Positions 1-9,818 of a stretch of 64,000 bases of DNA are shown here, piece by piece. The translations under genes and the position numbers were made by a program. The DNA is from Candidatus Sumerlaeota bacterium. Lineage in GTDB: Bacteria > Sumerlaeota > Sumerlaeia > Sumerlaeales > Sumerlaeaceae. Each line of letters opens with the position of its first letter. The first letter of the stretch is position 1. The stretch lies in contig JADFCV010000002.1 of assembly GCA_017161655.1 (NCBI GenBank), forward strand, positions 218,778 through 282,777. The letters are read 5' to 3'. The notes under the pieces were generated by a model that saw nothing but the letters and a program-made list of their open reading frames with translations, was not told the origin of the DNA and made no database searches.

Positions 1-341
1 CGACGGATTTGCGAAGGAGAAACATAAATGTCGTCCGGACCTGGCAGATAGTTGTAACTTGGCGAGCGCAAAAAACCAAAGCCATCTTGCAAAATTTCCA
101 GGACTCCTTCCCCTCGCAGCACCTCCGGCGGAGCGGTCGGATTTTCTTCCTGAGTTTTCTGCTGTGTCGCCTGCATGATTCGCAAGATCAGGTCTTGCTT
201 CCGCAGGTTTGAGTAGCCTTCGATGTTGAGCTCTTTTGCTATCTTTGTGAGCTCAGGAACAGTCTTTTTTCGTAGTGCTTCGATGTCCACAATAGGACCC
301 TCCGCAAGTGATGATGATAAGCATTGGGTTGCTTCTGACAT
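1..341 (-). CDS. rho: Transcription termination factor Rho, 5' part (N-terminal about 113 codons; gene continues beyond the window start). Not in the supplied ORF track because it is truncated by the window edge.
   Basis: Reverse-complement translation from the ATG at 341 gives [57 protein letters not shown]...[38 protein letters not shown]. This matches the Rho N-terminal and RNA-binding region ([13 protein letters not shown]...[18 protein letters not shown] in E. coli). It sits immediately upstream of coaE. Confidence 0.85.
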   Translation of the reverse strand, partial: [113 protein letters not shown]

Positions 342-435
342 CCCCACTGATGCCAAACTTATGCCGCGTTAGCCAACAACCTGAACGGTTTCGTCGCGCT
401 TGCCACGCTCTGAGCCATCAACAAGCGCCCAATCT

Positions 436-1041
436 CTAGTTTTGTTGTGAGCATTGAATTCCTAACTTCTGAAGGATACGACGCACCTGCTCGCGCGTCT
501 CATCCAATGTTCCACTGTTGTTGATGACAAAATCCGCACGCCTAACTTTCTCTTCGTCCGACCACTGGGCCTTCAGTCGGCGGCTGATTTCCGAATCCGT
601 CCACCCGTTGCGGCGCTTCAATCGCTCTCGTCGCACGTGATCTTCGGTCACCACCACGGCAACCTTGTCCACGAGAGATTCCAGACCATTTTCAAGCAGC
701 AGCGGCACCATAAAAACGACGAGTGGCTCGTCGCGATAGGCCTCTAATAAACGAAGCTCCTCTGCTCGAACTCTCGGATGAACAATCCCATTAAGCAACG
801 CGAGCTTCTCCCCATCCGCGAAAACAACTCGCGCCAGCTTCGTGCGATCAATTGTTCCGTCTGCGGCGAGAATTTCGCGGCCAAACTGGGCGACGATATC
901 CGCGTAAGCCGGAGCACCAGGGCGTTGTACCTGGTGGGAAATCTCGTCGGCGTCGACCACCCGTGCACCCGTGAGCTCAACAATCATGTCCGCCACGGTG
1001 CTCTTCCCGCTGCCTACCGTACCAGTTAGACCAAGTATCAC
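436..1041 (-). CDS. coaE: Dephospho-CoA kinase
   Basis: 201 aa. The N-terminal P-loop MILGLTGTVGSGKST and overall length are typical of CoaE. Confidence 0.85.
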   Translation of the reverse strand: MILGLTGTVGSGKSTVADMIVELTGARVVDADEISHQVQRPGAPAYADIVAQFGREILAADGTIDRTKLARVVFADGEKLALLNGIVHPRVRAEELRLLEAYRDEPLVVFMVPLLLENGLESLVDKVAVVVTEDHVRRERLKRRNGWTDSEISRRLKAQWSDEEKVRRADFVINNSGTLDETREQVRRILQKLGIQCSQQN

Positions 1042-1153
1042 AATCGCTTAAGACCCCTGGGAATGAATCACGGTAAGGCTCAATCGGGTGGATTCGTTTT
1101 TCTTATACCGCACCACTCGTGATATATTTTGGGGCTGTCGCTAACACAGTTCA

Positions 1154-2455
1154 TCACAGCGACTGGCACACGCGCCGTAGTGCTTCAATCGTGTAATCAA
1201 CTTGTTCGCGCTGGAGCACCAGTGGCGGGCAAAAACGAATCGAATGGGCTCCGCAACCGAGAATCAAAACTCCCTCAAAGAACATGCGTTTGACGATCTC
1301 GTTGCGCACCTCTGGAGAGGGACGCCCGGTCGCATCGAGTGCATCAATGCCAATCATCAATCCCAGTCCACGAGGGTTGCCCAAACACCCCACCTCTTGC
1401 GCGAGCTGTTTTAGGCGTTCGATGAGATAACTGCCCACCTCCGTTGCATTCGCCATAAGCGACTCTTCTAACAGGTCCACCGTCGCCAGAGCAGCTGCGC
1501 ATGCCACCGGATTGCCGCCAAAGGTTGAGGCATGCTGACCGGGCTGCCAATTCATGACGTCCGCACGCGCAATTACGGCCCCCAGTGGCAGACCGGAAGC
1601 GATGCCCTTTGCAGTGCAAATGATATCCGGTTCTAACCCGAAGTGCTCACTGGCGAACATCTTGCCTGTTCGTCCCATTCCGCATTGCACTTCGTCAGCG
1701 ACAAGCAAGATCCCGTAGCGCCGGCACATGTCCTGAAGATCGAGCAGCCACTGGCGATCGGGAACAATATAGCCTCCCTCACCCTGAATGGGCTCAACGA
1801 ACACCGCAGCAAAGTTCCCCTCGTCCACCACTCGTTTCACCACATCGCGCTCAATCGATTCCACAGGCTGCTGGTAATTAACGTGGACTACACCGCTCAA
1901 AAAGGGACCAAAATTCCGCCGCTGAATGTTCTTACTAGCAGTCAGAGAAAGCGCTCCCATAGTGCGACCATGAAATGAGCCATAGAAGGCGAGCATCTGA
2001 TGGCCGCGTGTGTGATGGCGCGCTAACTTGATAGCACATTCGATCGATTCAGCGCCAGAGTTTGTGAAAAAAACGCGCTTCGGTCCAGGAATCGGCGCAT
2101 GTGCGGCGAGTCTTTCTGCAAGCTTTACCTGCACTTCATAATAAAAATCTGTCCCACTCATGTGGAGGAACTGCTCAGCTTGCGAGCGGATTGCTTCGAC
2201 TACACGTGGATGGCTGTGGCCTGTGGAACACACTGCAATCCCCGCGGCAAGGTCGAGAAACCTGTTGCCATCAACATCCCACACCACACACCCTTCGCCA
2301 CGTTCCATCACAAAACCATAATCGCGCGTATAGGATGGAGACATGATTGCATGGTCGCGTTCGATCACCGAACGAGCTTTGGGGCCTGGCGGCGTGATTT
2401 TGATCTCCGGCAACAGAGCTGCCTGGGCGCTATTCGAAGCAAGTCCCTTTGTCAT
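1154..2455 (-). CDS. Class-III PLP-dependent aminotransferase (GabT/ArgD-like; 4-aminobutyrate or acetylornithine aminotransferase family)
   Basis: The ORF runs 1154..2587. The likely start is the internal ATG at 2455 (MTKGL...), which is preceded by GGAGGG. Motifs DVDGNRFLDLAAGIAVCSTGHSHPRVVEAI, LLVADEVQCGMGRTGKMFA and TFGGNP are present. Confidence 0.8.
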   Translation of the reverse strand: MTKGLASNSAQAALLPEIKITPPGPKARSVIERDHAIMSPSYTRDYGFVMERGEGCVVWDVDGNRFLDLAAGIAVCSTGHSHPRVVEAIRSQAEQFLHMSGTDFYYEVQVKLAERLAAHAPIPGPKRVFFTNSGAESIECAIKLARHHTRGHQMLAFYGSFHGRTMGALSLTASKNIQRRNFGPFLSGVVHVNYQQPVESIERDVVKRVVDEGNFAAVFVEPIQGEGGYIVPDRQWLLDLQDMCRRYGILLVADEVQCGMGRTGKMFASEHFGLEPDIICTAKGIASGLPLGAVIARADVMNWQPGQHASTFGGNPVACAAALATVDLLEESLMANATEVGSYLIERLKQLAQEVGCLGNPRGLGLMIGIDALDATGRPSPEVRNEIVKRMFFEGVLILGCGAHSIRFCPPLVLQREQVDYTIEALRRVCQSL

Positions 2456-2538
2456 GATTCCCTCCACAAAAAAGTCAACACGGTGCGAGCCACAGAAGTA
2501 TCTGCTCATACGAAGCGATAAGCGAAACGATACGTTGT

Positions 2539-3675
2539 CTAGAAAAACTTCTCTATTTTTGCACGGCTTTTTAGTTCTACACCCCAACGCAGATAAAGCT
2601 CACGCTGCTTGTAGCGGAGATAGGAACTACGCAAACATCCGGCGTGCTTTTCGCGCACCAGGATCACATGAAAGCCCTGCGGGGTTCTCACAACGTCGCT
2701 CAACTGTCCCGGTGCGAGCGAAAAAGCGACATCATCGAATGCACGAGACATCTTGCCCCGGGTAAGATAGCCCAAATCTCCACATTTCGCCGCAGTTTTG
2801 CGATCTTGGGAGTAGCGCAACGCCAGTTCGCAGAAATCAGCGCCTTGCTTCAGCATCTCATGAACTTTGCGTGCCATGCTCTCTGCTGCCAGAATTGTCT
2901 GTGTCGTCGCGTGTTCGGGTGCTGAGAAAAAAATGTGAGCAGCTCGAATCTCTTCCCCCTTATCAAGAGGGCCTACATGGTTTCTCGCAAATTCAAGAAG
3001 CTCTTGTTCAGTTGGCTCTTTCACCTTCTCAGCCATGGCATCCTCAATGCGCATACCAAGGATCTGCGTACGCGCTAATTCTCGAATGTCTTGCATGGAA
3101 AGCCCATAACGAACCGCGATGTCCTGAACCTTTTCCCCAGGAGGAAGTTCGCGATTCGTTTTCTCAATCGCGGTGTCAATTTCGGATTCGGTCACAACGA
3201 GACCGTGCTCTTTAGCATACTTGTTAATGAGAATTCGCTCAACAAGCTGGTCAAACACCGGTGCAGAAAGGGCACCAAGCAGCCCTAGCTCTTCTTGTTT
3301 TGTCTTGGGAATCGGAAACTGAGTAAATTTCTGCTGGGCACGGGCGAAAGCTAACTCAGCGAGGAAGCGCTTCTCCGTGATGGTTGTTCCTTCAACGATC
3401 GCCACAATTTTTTCGCCACGTTCGTTCTGCGGGCATCGCGACAGATCCAGCGGGGGAAACGCTCCGAGATCGGAGCGGGGAAGACGTTGCTCAGCTTCTT
3501 TCGCGGTCTCACGCGAGGGCACAACAATTTTTCCCTCTGGTAGCGAAGGTGCATTCTTGGCCGCCGTGGCCCTAGCTGAAATAGCCATGGCAAGGAGGGT
3601 CCCCACCAGAATGCCAAGGAGTCGGAAACCCCATCTTGTCGCGCTTGCCTTCCGCATGCTCGCTCTTGTCATCAC
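2539..3675 (-). CDS. Secreted peptidyl-prolyl cis-trans isomerase, SurA/PrsA (parvulin) family
   Basis: N-terminal signal peptide (RWGFRLLGILVGTLLAMAISARA). SurA-like chaperone region, then a C-terminal PpiC-type segment (DFCELALRYSQDRKTAAKCGDLGYLTRGKMSRAFDDVAFSLAPGQLSDVVRTPQGFHVILV). Confidence 0.7.
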   Translation of the reverse strand: MMTRASMRKASATRWGFRLLGILVGTLLAMAISARATAAKNAPSLPEGKIVVPSRETAKEAEQRLPRSDLGAFPPLDLSRCPQNERGEKIVAIVEGTTITEKRFLAELAFARAQQKFTQFPIPKTKQEELGLLGALSAPVFDQLVERILINKYAKEHGLVVTESEIDTAIEKTNRELPPGEKVQDIAVRYGLSMQDIRELARTQILGMRIEDAMAEKVKEPTEQELLEFARNHVGPLDKGEEIRAAHIFFSAPEHATTQTILAAESMARKVHEMLKQGADFCELALRYSQDRKTAAKCGDLGYLTRGKMSRAFDDVAFSLAPGQLSDVVRTPQGFHVILVREKHAGCLRSSYLRYKQRELYLRWGVELKSRAKIEKFF

Positions 3676-3751
3676 TCACCAGACCCGACGTGATATTTCG
3701 ATCCTCTTGCCCCCTGAATAGACCTACTTCAACCCTGTGCTGAACATTTGA

Positions 3752-5560
3752 ATGAAGTCCAAGACTTTTGTCATGCAAGATCACATCGGCGACGCCGCAG
3801 ATCGACATCTTGTTCGGCGTTTGCTAACGTTCCTGAAACCTTACTGGCATTTCATTGCACTCTCCAGTGTCGTCTCGCTTGCCATGGCCGCTTTGCAGCT
3901 CGTTGGCCCATACCTTGTAAAACTCACCATCGATGTCCATATCGCGCGGGCCAATGTTCCGGGAATCGTAAAAATGGCCGCCCTTTACGTAGCTGTTGTC
4001 CTCCTCCTCTTTCTTCTCGAATATACGCAAGGTATCCTCATTGCGTACGTTGGCCAGCTGGGGATGCGTCGGCTCCGTGAAACCCTTTTTGCCCACCTGC
4101 AAAGACTCGATGTCCAATTCTTCGATCGCAATCCGGTGGGACGATTGCTGACCCGTGTGACAAGCGACGTGCAGGCACTGAACGAACTCTTCTCGCAAGG
4201 CGTTATGACCGTGGCTGGCGATGTATTTCTGCTGGGAGCCATTTTCATTTTAATGCTTCGCACGAGCATCCCGCTGACCGTGCTGGTGCTTTTAACGGCC
4301 CCTCTCATCTTTGTCAGCGGTTATCTATTTAGCAAATTTGTCCGCGAGGCTTATCGAGACGTACGTCAACGGCTATCGCAGATGAACGCCTACTTGCAGG
4401 AAACGTTGGGGGGAATTCGCACCGTGATGGCCTACAATGCTCAAGAAAAGAGCTACGATAATTTTCAACGGCTCAACGATGCGTTTCGCGAAGCCAACAT
4501 GCGCACGGTCTTTTGTCACGCGGTGTTCTTGCCTGCAATCGAATTGATTAGTTCTGTCGCACTGGCGCTCATCCTTTGGAAGGGCGGCATCGGAACGATT
4601 GATCAAACGGTAACAATCGGAACAGTTGTCCTCTTTATTCAGTACACGCAACGCCTCTTTCAGCCCATTAAAGACCTGAGCGACAAGTACAACATTTTCC
4701 AGACAGCTATGGCTGCAGCCGAACGGCTGTTTAAGCTCCTGGATACGAAGCCAACGGTAACGTCGCCAGTGCAATCAATACCAGGGAAAAACTTCGAGAG
4801 GGATATTCGTTTCGAAAATGTCTGGTTTGCCTACGACGACGAGGACTGGGTGCTTCAGGATGTCACTTTTACGCTTCGCCGCGGAGAGACACTTGCGATT
4901 GTGGGACCAACTGGCAGCGGAAAAAGCACCATCGTCTCTCTTCTCATGCGCTTTTACGACGTCCAAAAAGGAAGAATTCTCCTCGATGACCGGGACATTC
5001 GCGACATCGCTCTCGAGGATTTGCGGCGTCTCATCGCTCTTGTGAATCAGGACATTTTTCTTTTTTCCGGGACGATTGCAGACAACATCCGGCTGGGGCG
5101 AAACGACATATCGCTCGAGCGCGTGATGGAATGTGCCCGTTACGTCAACGCGGCCAGCTTCATTGAAAAGCTGCCAGGTCAGTACAATTATCAAATCCAC
5201 GAAAGAGGGGTCACGCTCTCCGTTGGACAGAAGCAGCTTCTCGCCCTTGCGAGAGCACTTGCTTTTGATTCACCGATTCTCGTTCTCGATGAAGCTACAG
5301 CAAACATCGACACAGAGACTGAGCGCTTAATCCAAGACGCTCTTAATAAACTGCTTCACAATCGCACCGCACTCATCATCGCCCATCGTCTCTCAACAAT
5401 CCAGAAGGCAAACCGAATCATCGTTCTCCACCATGGCCGCATTCGCGAGGCCGGCACTCACCAAGAGCTTCTCCAGCACGGCGGACTTTATCGGATGCTT
5501 TATGAGCTGCAGTTTGCAAATCATCGCCCGAGTGCCGACGCGTTCGCATCACGAAGTTGA
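3752..5560 (+). CDS. ABC transporter, fused permease/ATPase exporter (MsbA/type-I exporter-like)
   Basis: 602 aa. Six-TM N-terminal half, Walker A GPTGSGKST, ABC signature LSVGQKQLLALARAL, Walker B ILVLDEAT. Confidence 0.85.
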   Translation: MKSKTFVMQDHIGDAADRHLVRRLLTFLKPYWHFIALSSVVSLAMAALQLVGPYLVKLTIDVHIARANVPGIVKMAALYVAVVLLLFLLEYTQGILIAYVGQLGMRRLRETLFAHLQRLDVQFFDRNPVGRLLTRVTSDVQALNELFSQGVMTVAGDVFLLGAIFILMLRTSIPLTVLVLLTAPLIFVSGYLFSKFVREAYRDVRQRLSQMNAYLQETLGGIRTVMAYNAQEKSYDNFQRLNDAFREANMRTVFCHAVFLPAIELISSVALALILWKGGIGTIDQTVTIGTVVLFIQYTQRLFQPIKDLSDKYNIFQTAMAAAERLFKLLDTKPTVTSPVQSIPGKNFERDIRFENVWFAYDDEDWVLQDVTFTLRRGETLAIVGPTGSGKSTIVSLLMRFYDVQKGRILLDDRDIRDIALEDLRRLIALVNQDIFLFSGTIADNIRLGRNDISLERVMECARYVNAASFIEKLPGQYNYQIHERGVTLSVGQKQLLALARALAFDSPILVLDEATANIDTETERLIQDALNKLLHNRTALIIAHRLSTIQKANRIIVLHHGRIREAGTHQELLQHGGLYRMLYELQFANHRPSADAFASRS

Positions 5561-6778
5561 GGCGCCAACCGCCCTTTTGAGTGATTCCTCAAAGATTTCC
5601 AAAGCACACGCACATTGTTCATGGGTCACGATAAGGGGCGGACTCATTCGGACAACGTTTTCTGCCAAAAGCGTTGTCTCAAGCACCAGACCTCGATTTC
5701 GAGCGCCATCTACCACCCGCCGCGCTAGGGCAGCCGATTCTAATTCAATGCCAATCATTAAACCCCTTCCGCGCACCTCTTTGATAACGGGATGGCGCGC
5801 TGCGAGTTCCCGAAGCGACGCCATAAGAAAATTGCCTTGCTTCACGGCATTCGCAAGCAGTTGCTCTTCCTCAATCACCTGCAGACCCGCAAGGCCCGCT
5901 GCGCAGCTCACTGGATGGCCTCCAAACGTTGTGATGTGGCTGAAAGGAGGCTCTGCTGCAAAGCGATACAGGACCTCTCGAGGCGCCATGACCCCTGCGA
6001 GGGGATAGCCCGCACCCAGCGCTTTTGCCACCGTTATAACATCCGGTGTGACTTCGAACAAATCTGCTGCAAACCATGCCTCACCAAGGCGTCCGAATGC
6101 TGTTTGCACCTCATCGAAAATGAGAAGCGCGCCGACTTCTGTGCAGCGGCGCCGCAGTGCCGACAAAAATTCGCGCGAAGGCACCCGAATACCGCCTTCA
6201 CCCTGAACCGGCTCGACAAGGACGCCCGACGTTTTCTCATCGATCAGTGACAGGTCCTCTAAGCAATCGTAACGCAGAAACCGTACCGGAAGCAGAATGG
6301 ACTCATAAGGGCGACGGAAGTCCTCGGAGCCAAAACACGAGGCGGCTCCAACAGTGTCACCATGATAAGCGCCATGAAACGCGCAAAACACACGTCGCTG
6401 TGTCATTTTAGCCGCCAACTTCAGGGCAGCATCGTTGGCTTCTGCACCCGTAGTGAGAAAATAAACACTATCGAGACCCTCTGGCGCAATTTTACTGAGC
6501 TTCGCTGCCAGTGCGATTTGAGGTTCTTGAAGATGCTCGCCGTAAACCATTGTATGAGCGAAGCGTTTTGCTTGCTCTATGACCGCCTCCACCACGCGCG
6601 GATGGCAATGCCCAACATTGGTGACGCTGATTCCGGCTATGAAATCAAGATAGGCCCGTCCCTCTCGGTCGTAAAGATAACAACCTTCAGCTCGTGCGAT
6701 TGGAAACTTTGCCGGGAAGGGTGAAGTTTGCCCGACATATTTCAGAAACAAATCTTCCAGTCTTTCGCTTATCGGCAT
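5549..6778 (-). CDS. Class-III aminotransferase (acetylornithine aminotransferase-like)
   Basis: 409 aa with DREGRAYLDFIAGISVTNVGHCHPRVVEAV, LIFDEVQTAFGRLGEAWFA and TFGGHP. Its 3' end overlaps the convergent ABC gene by 12 nt. Confidence 0.75.
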   Translation of the reverse strand: MPISERLEDLFLKYVGQTSPFPAKFPIARAEGCYLYDREGRAYLDFIAGISVTNVGHCHPRVVEAVIEQAKRFAHTMVYGEHLQEPQIALAAKLSKIAPEGLDSVYFLTTGAEANDAALKLAAKMTQRRVFCAFHGAYHGDTVGAASCFGSEDFRRPYESILLPVRFLRYDCLEDLSLIDEKTSGVLVEPVQGEGGIRVPSREFLSALRRRCTEVGALLIFDEVQTAFGRLGEAWFAADLFEVTPDVITVAKALGAGYPLAGVMAPREVLYRFAAEPPFSHITTFGGHPVSCAAGLAGLQVIEEEQLLANAVKQGNFLMASLRELAARHPVIKEVRGRGLMIGIELESAALARRVVDGARNRGLVLETTLLAENVVRMSPPLIVTHEQCACALEIFEESLKRAVGASTS

Positions 6779-7074
6779 GGTGTGTGTCGTCCTGAATCAT
6801 CTTTTCCCAACACCGAAGAATGGGAACGCCGGCTACTAACCAACCTCATAGTGCGATTTGAGTTCTTCCCGACAAGAAAATCGTTGCAATTGGAAAGAGA
6901 GATTTTGCGCAATGGTAAGTTGAAGCGACGCACTTCGAGGGGTGCCCCCCACCAAGGGCTCGTCTTCACACACAGCGTGAAGGCAGTGGTGCTAAGCAAA
7001 ATAATTCGAGATTTTTACACGGAGAGCCTCTTCGCTAGAGAAGAAAAACGAGGAGCTATGTAGAATACGAGCCG

Positions 7075-8310
7075 ATGAAGAGTCGCCGAGAGAATCTTAA
7101 AAGCGTAAGACACGGACGTTCCAGGAGACATCGGAGCGAGCCTTCGGAGCGTGCGTGGGTATTTCGTTTGTTTTATTTGCTCGGGACTCTCCTGGCCATC
7201 GCTGCCGTCACTCAGGCTGGCTATCGAGCCCTTCTCGACAGTCCCTATTTCGCATTGCGTGAAATCCGCGTGGTAGGACTCTCTCCGGCTCTCGCTCGTG
7301 ACATTGAAGGTCTCGTGAAAGACTGTATCGGTGTCAATCCGAACACTCTTGCATTAAAAGTTGGCGAGATTCGTCGCCGACTTGCCGAGCATCCTCGTTT
7401 GCGCAATGTAACTGTGGAGGTTGCCTACCCCCATGCCGTTGTTGTCAGCGGGGTAGAACGTACCCCCACAGCAATTCTCAGTGCGGATTCGTTTTATCTC
7501 GTAGCACGCGACGCCGTCGTTATCGAACGGTTGCCTCCCAGCGAGTTGCATCGCTATGAACTACCCTACATCACAGGCATTCCACCGCAAGCCATCGAAG
7601 TTGGTAAGAAAGTTAACTCGGATGGTCTCTTGCGATCTCTTGAAATGCTTGAGCTCCTCCGTGAACGAAATCCGGAACTTTACAGCCGCTTCAGCGAAGT
7701 CAATGTGGCCCAGGATCCTATCTCCGAGCTCGATAATGTCACAGCAAGGTTGCGCGGGGGTATGGAGGTTCGCTTTGGTGAAACAAATCCAGCGGAGAAG
7801 CTTGCACTCCTGGATTATTTTATTCAGCAGCAGCAAAATGCAGGGCATGATCCATTTGCCATGGCTTATGTGGATTTACGTGTTCCGAACCAGATTGTCT
7901 ATCTCGACAAAGTGACGGCGGCGGCCTTACGTGCCGGGAAAACAGATCCCCTCTTAGGTAGCATGGGAACGCAGTCTGCAATCAGAGAGGAAGACTCAAT
8001 GCAAGAAGAACGCTCCAACGCGATCGGCGCCAATCCTGATGGAGAGAAGTCTGCTTCGACTTCAGCCAAGAAACGCAGTGCTGCAAAGACGTCAAAGGAA
8101 CCAGACTCTCGTGCTCAACAAGGTTCTGTCGAAGAAAACAACGAAACTCGTGCCGAAGAGCCCGTGTTCGACGCAAATGAGGAGCCCAACCGTGGCACTC
8201 GACGTCCCTTGTGGCGGCCGCAGTTCCCACTGAAGCTATTTGGACGCAAGTCCCGACAAGTTGAAGAAGCTCCCGTACTGCTTGCCCCGAGCGACCCGGG
8301 CGAGCAATAG
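7075..8310 (+). CDS. ftsQ: Cell division protein FtsQ/DivIB (N-terminal TM anchor, POTRA domain, long low-complexity Ser/Glu/Lys/Arg C-terminal tail)
   Basis: TM helix FRLFYLLGTLLAIAAV, then YFALREIRVVGLSPALARDIEGLV (POTRA), immediately upstream of ftsA. The last ~110 aa are compositionally biased. Confidence 0.7.
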   Translation: MKSRRENLKSVRHGRSRRHRSEPSERAWVFRLFYLLGTLLAIAAVTQAGYRALLDSPYFALREIRVVGLSPALARDIEGLVKDCIGVNPNTLALKVGEIRRRLAEHPRLRNVTVEVAYPHAVVVSGVERTPTAILSADSFYLVARDAVVIERLPPSELHRYELPYITGIPPQAIEVGKKVNSDGLLRSLEMLELLRERNPELYSRFSEVNVAQDPISELDNVTARLRGGMEVRFGETNPAEKLALLDYFIQQQQNAGHDPFAMAYVDLRVPNQIVYLDKVTAAALRAGKTDPLLGSMGTQSAIREEDSMQEERSNAIGANPDGEKSASTSAKKRSAAKTSKEPDSRAQQGSVEENNETRAEEPVFDANEEPNRGTRRPLWRPQFPLKLFGRKSRQVEEAPVLLAPSDPGEQ

Positions 8311-8337
8311 CGACTCGTTGAAGGAGATACTTTTGCC

Positions 8338-9618
8338 ATGAGCAAGATCAAAGGGCCTGTGGTCGCGGCTCTCGACATTGGCACGACGGGAATTCGTGCA
8401 CTTCAGGCGATGGGTGTTGGTGACCTACCGACCGCAGTGCGGTTAAAGATTCTCGGACAGGGCTGTGTCCCGTCGCGTGGTGTCAGAGAAGCAAAAGTCG
8501 AGAACCTCGGAGAACTCGTTGAAGCAATTCACGGCGCAGTAGAAAGCTGCAGTGATCGATCCCGTATTAAGTTCAAGCGCGTCACACTTGGAATTGCCGG
8601 CAACTACACGCAGAGCCGTAACATTTCGGGGGAAATTCCGATCAAGTACTCACGCGCTATTTGCGAACGCGACATAGATCGCGTGGTCAGAGAAACCTTT
8701 GAAAATAACTTTCCCTTGAGCGCCGCTTATGTGCCGATAAACTATTTTATCCGCGGTTACAGGCTTGACGATGATTATGTCTCGGACCCACTCGGTATGC
8801 GAGGAAGCTCGCTTGGTGTGGATATCCACGTAGTCTATGTCCACTACGATAAATTAGAGAACCTTAAAAGAGCTGTCCAAAAAGCAGGTCTCATCGTAGA
8901 GCGAGTGGTCATCCAGAGCTTTGCATCTTCGCTAGCTGTGCTCGACGAGGAACAAAGGCAAGCCAGCACGATTGTCCTCGATATCGGAGGGGGCACAACA
9001 GACATCGCTGTTTTCTATAAAGGACAACCTGTCTTTACCGGTGCTTATCCTTACGCCGGAGAGATTATCACAAGCGATATCGCCAAGGTTTTCAACATCG
9101 GACTCAAAGAGGCCGAGAAACTTAAGTGCGAATGTGACCTGACTCATCTCGGCTCCCCATTCACCACTCTCCCAATCGGCAAGAACATTTACTCGAAGAA
9201 GGAGGCAGAAGCAGAGCAGCCAGACATCGTGGGAGTCATCGAAGCGCGAATCGAAGAGATCTTTACAGATATTCGAAGCATGCTTGAGAAAGAAGATGTT
9301 TTTTCACGCTACGCGCCAAGTGGGCTTGTCATTACCGGAGGTGGAGCTTCACTAAAAGGGATTGTAAAGAAAGCCCAGGCGATTTTTGAGCGCAGTCACG
9401 GAATTGGACATTTCGATGTTGTTGTTGGTCGGCCAACCCACCGAGTTGTTACGTCAGGATTGCAAGTCCACGACGATCCATCACTTTCGACTGTCATTGG
9501 ACTGGCCCTTTGCAGGCTTACGGGGGAACCATTTTCTGGAGGTATTCCAAGACGAAATAGTTGGTTGCACAACGTCGTAAGCTTCTGGAAGCGAATGTGG
9601 GCTAGCGACAGATTCTAG
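8338..9618 (+). CDS. ftsA: Cell division protein FtsA (actin-like ATPase)
   Basis: 426 aa with VAALDIGTTGIRAL, LDIGGGTTDIAVF and VITGGGASLKGI, in a position adjacent to ftsQ. The related PilM is shorter and would not follow ftsQ. Confidence 0.8.
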   Translation: MSKIKGPVVAALDIGTTGIRALQAMGVGDLPTAVRLKILGQGCVPSRGVREAKVENLGELVEAIHGAVESCSDRSRIKFKRVTLGIAGNYTQSRNISGEIPIKYSRAICERDIDRVVRETFENNFPLSAAYVPINYFIRGYRLDDDYVSDPLGMRGSSLGVDIHVVYVHYDKLENLKRAVQKAGLIVERVVIQSFASSLAVLDEEQRQASTIVLDIGGGTTDIAVFYKGQPVFTGAYPYAGEIITSDIAKVFNIGLKEAEKLKCECDLTHLGSPFTTLPIGKNIYSKKEAEAEQPDIVGVIEARIEEIFTDIRSMLEKEDVFSRYAPSGLVITGGGASLKGIVKKAQAIFERSHGIGHFDVVVGRPTHRVVTSGLQVHDDPSLSTVIGLALCRLTGEPFSGGIPRRNSWLHNVVSFWKRMWASDRF

Positions 9619-9638
9619 AAATTGCTCGGTGGCATAAA

Positions 9639-9724
9639 TGGTGCGGGCGAGAGGACTTGAACCTCCACTCCTTTCGGAACCGGATCCTAAGTCCGGCGCG
9701 TCTGCCATTCCGCCACGCCCGCAC
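9639..9724 (-). tRNA. tRNA-Leu (anticodon UAG), 86 nt with long variable arm, ends in CCA
   Basis: Reverse complement is GTGCGGGCGTGGCGGAATGGCAGACGCGCCGGACTTAGGATCCGGTTCCGAAAGGAGTGGAGGTTCAAGTCCTCTCGCCCGCACCA. It has a 7-bp acceptor stem, a CT-TAG-GA anticodon loop and a GTTCAAGTC T-arm. Confidence 0.9.
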
Positions 9725-9818
9725 ACGTGAGGCATTGCACTGAAACATACTGCCTACAGTTCTTTGCTATTCGAGTTCTTGTTGACCCCTACTGACCACA
9801 AAACTCTGTTAAGAAACC

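Noticed and set aside
9-212. 67-aa plus-strand ORF at the window start
   Set aside because: It is antisense to the clearly recognisable rho N-terminal coding region (1-341, minus strand).
6728-7063. 111-aa ORF in the divergent intergenic region before ftsQ
   Set aside because: It has no motif and lies where the argD-like and ftsQ promoters are expected. It is probably non-coding.
9639-9724. A possible integrated mobile element at the tRNA-Leu gene, or at tRNA-Ser 27938-28027
   Set aside because: No integrase, transposase, phage gene or direct repeat of the tRNA 3' end is visible near either tRNA. The flanking genes are ordinary housekeeping genes.
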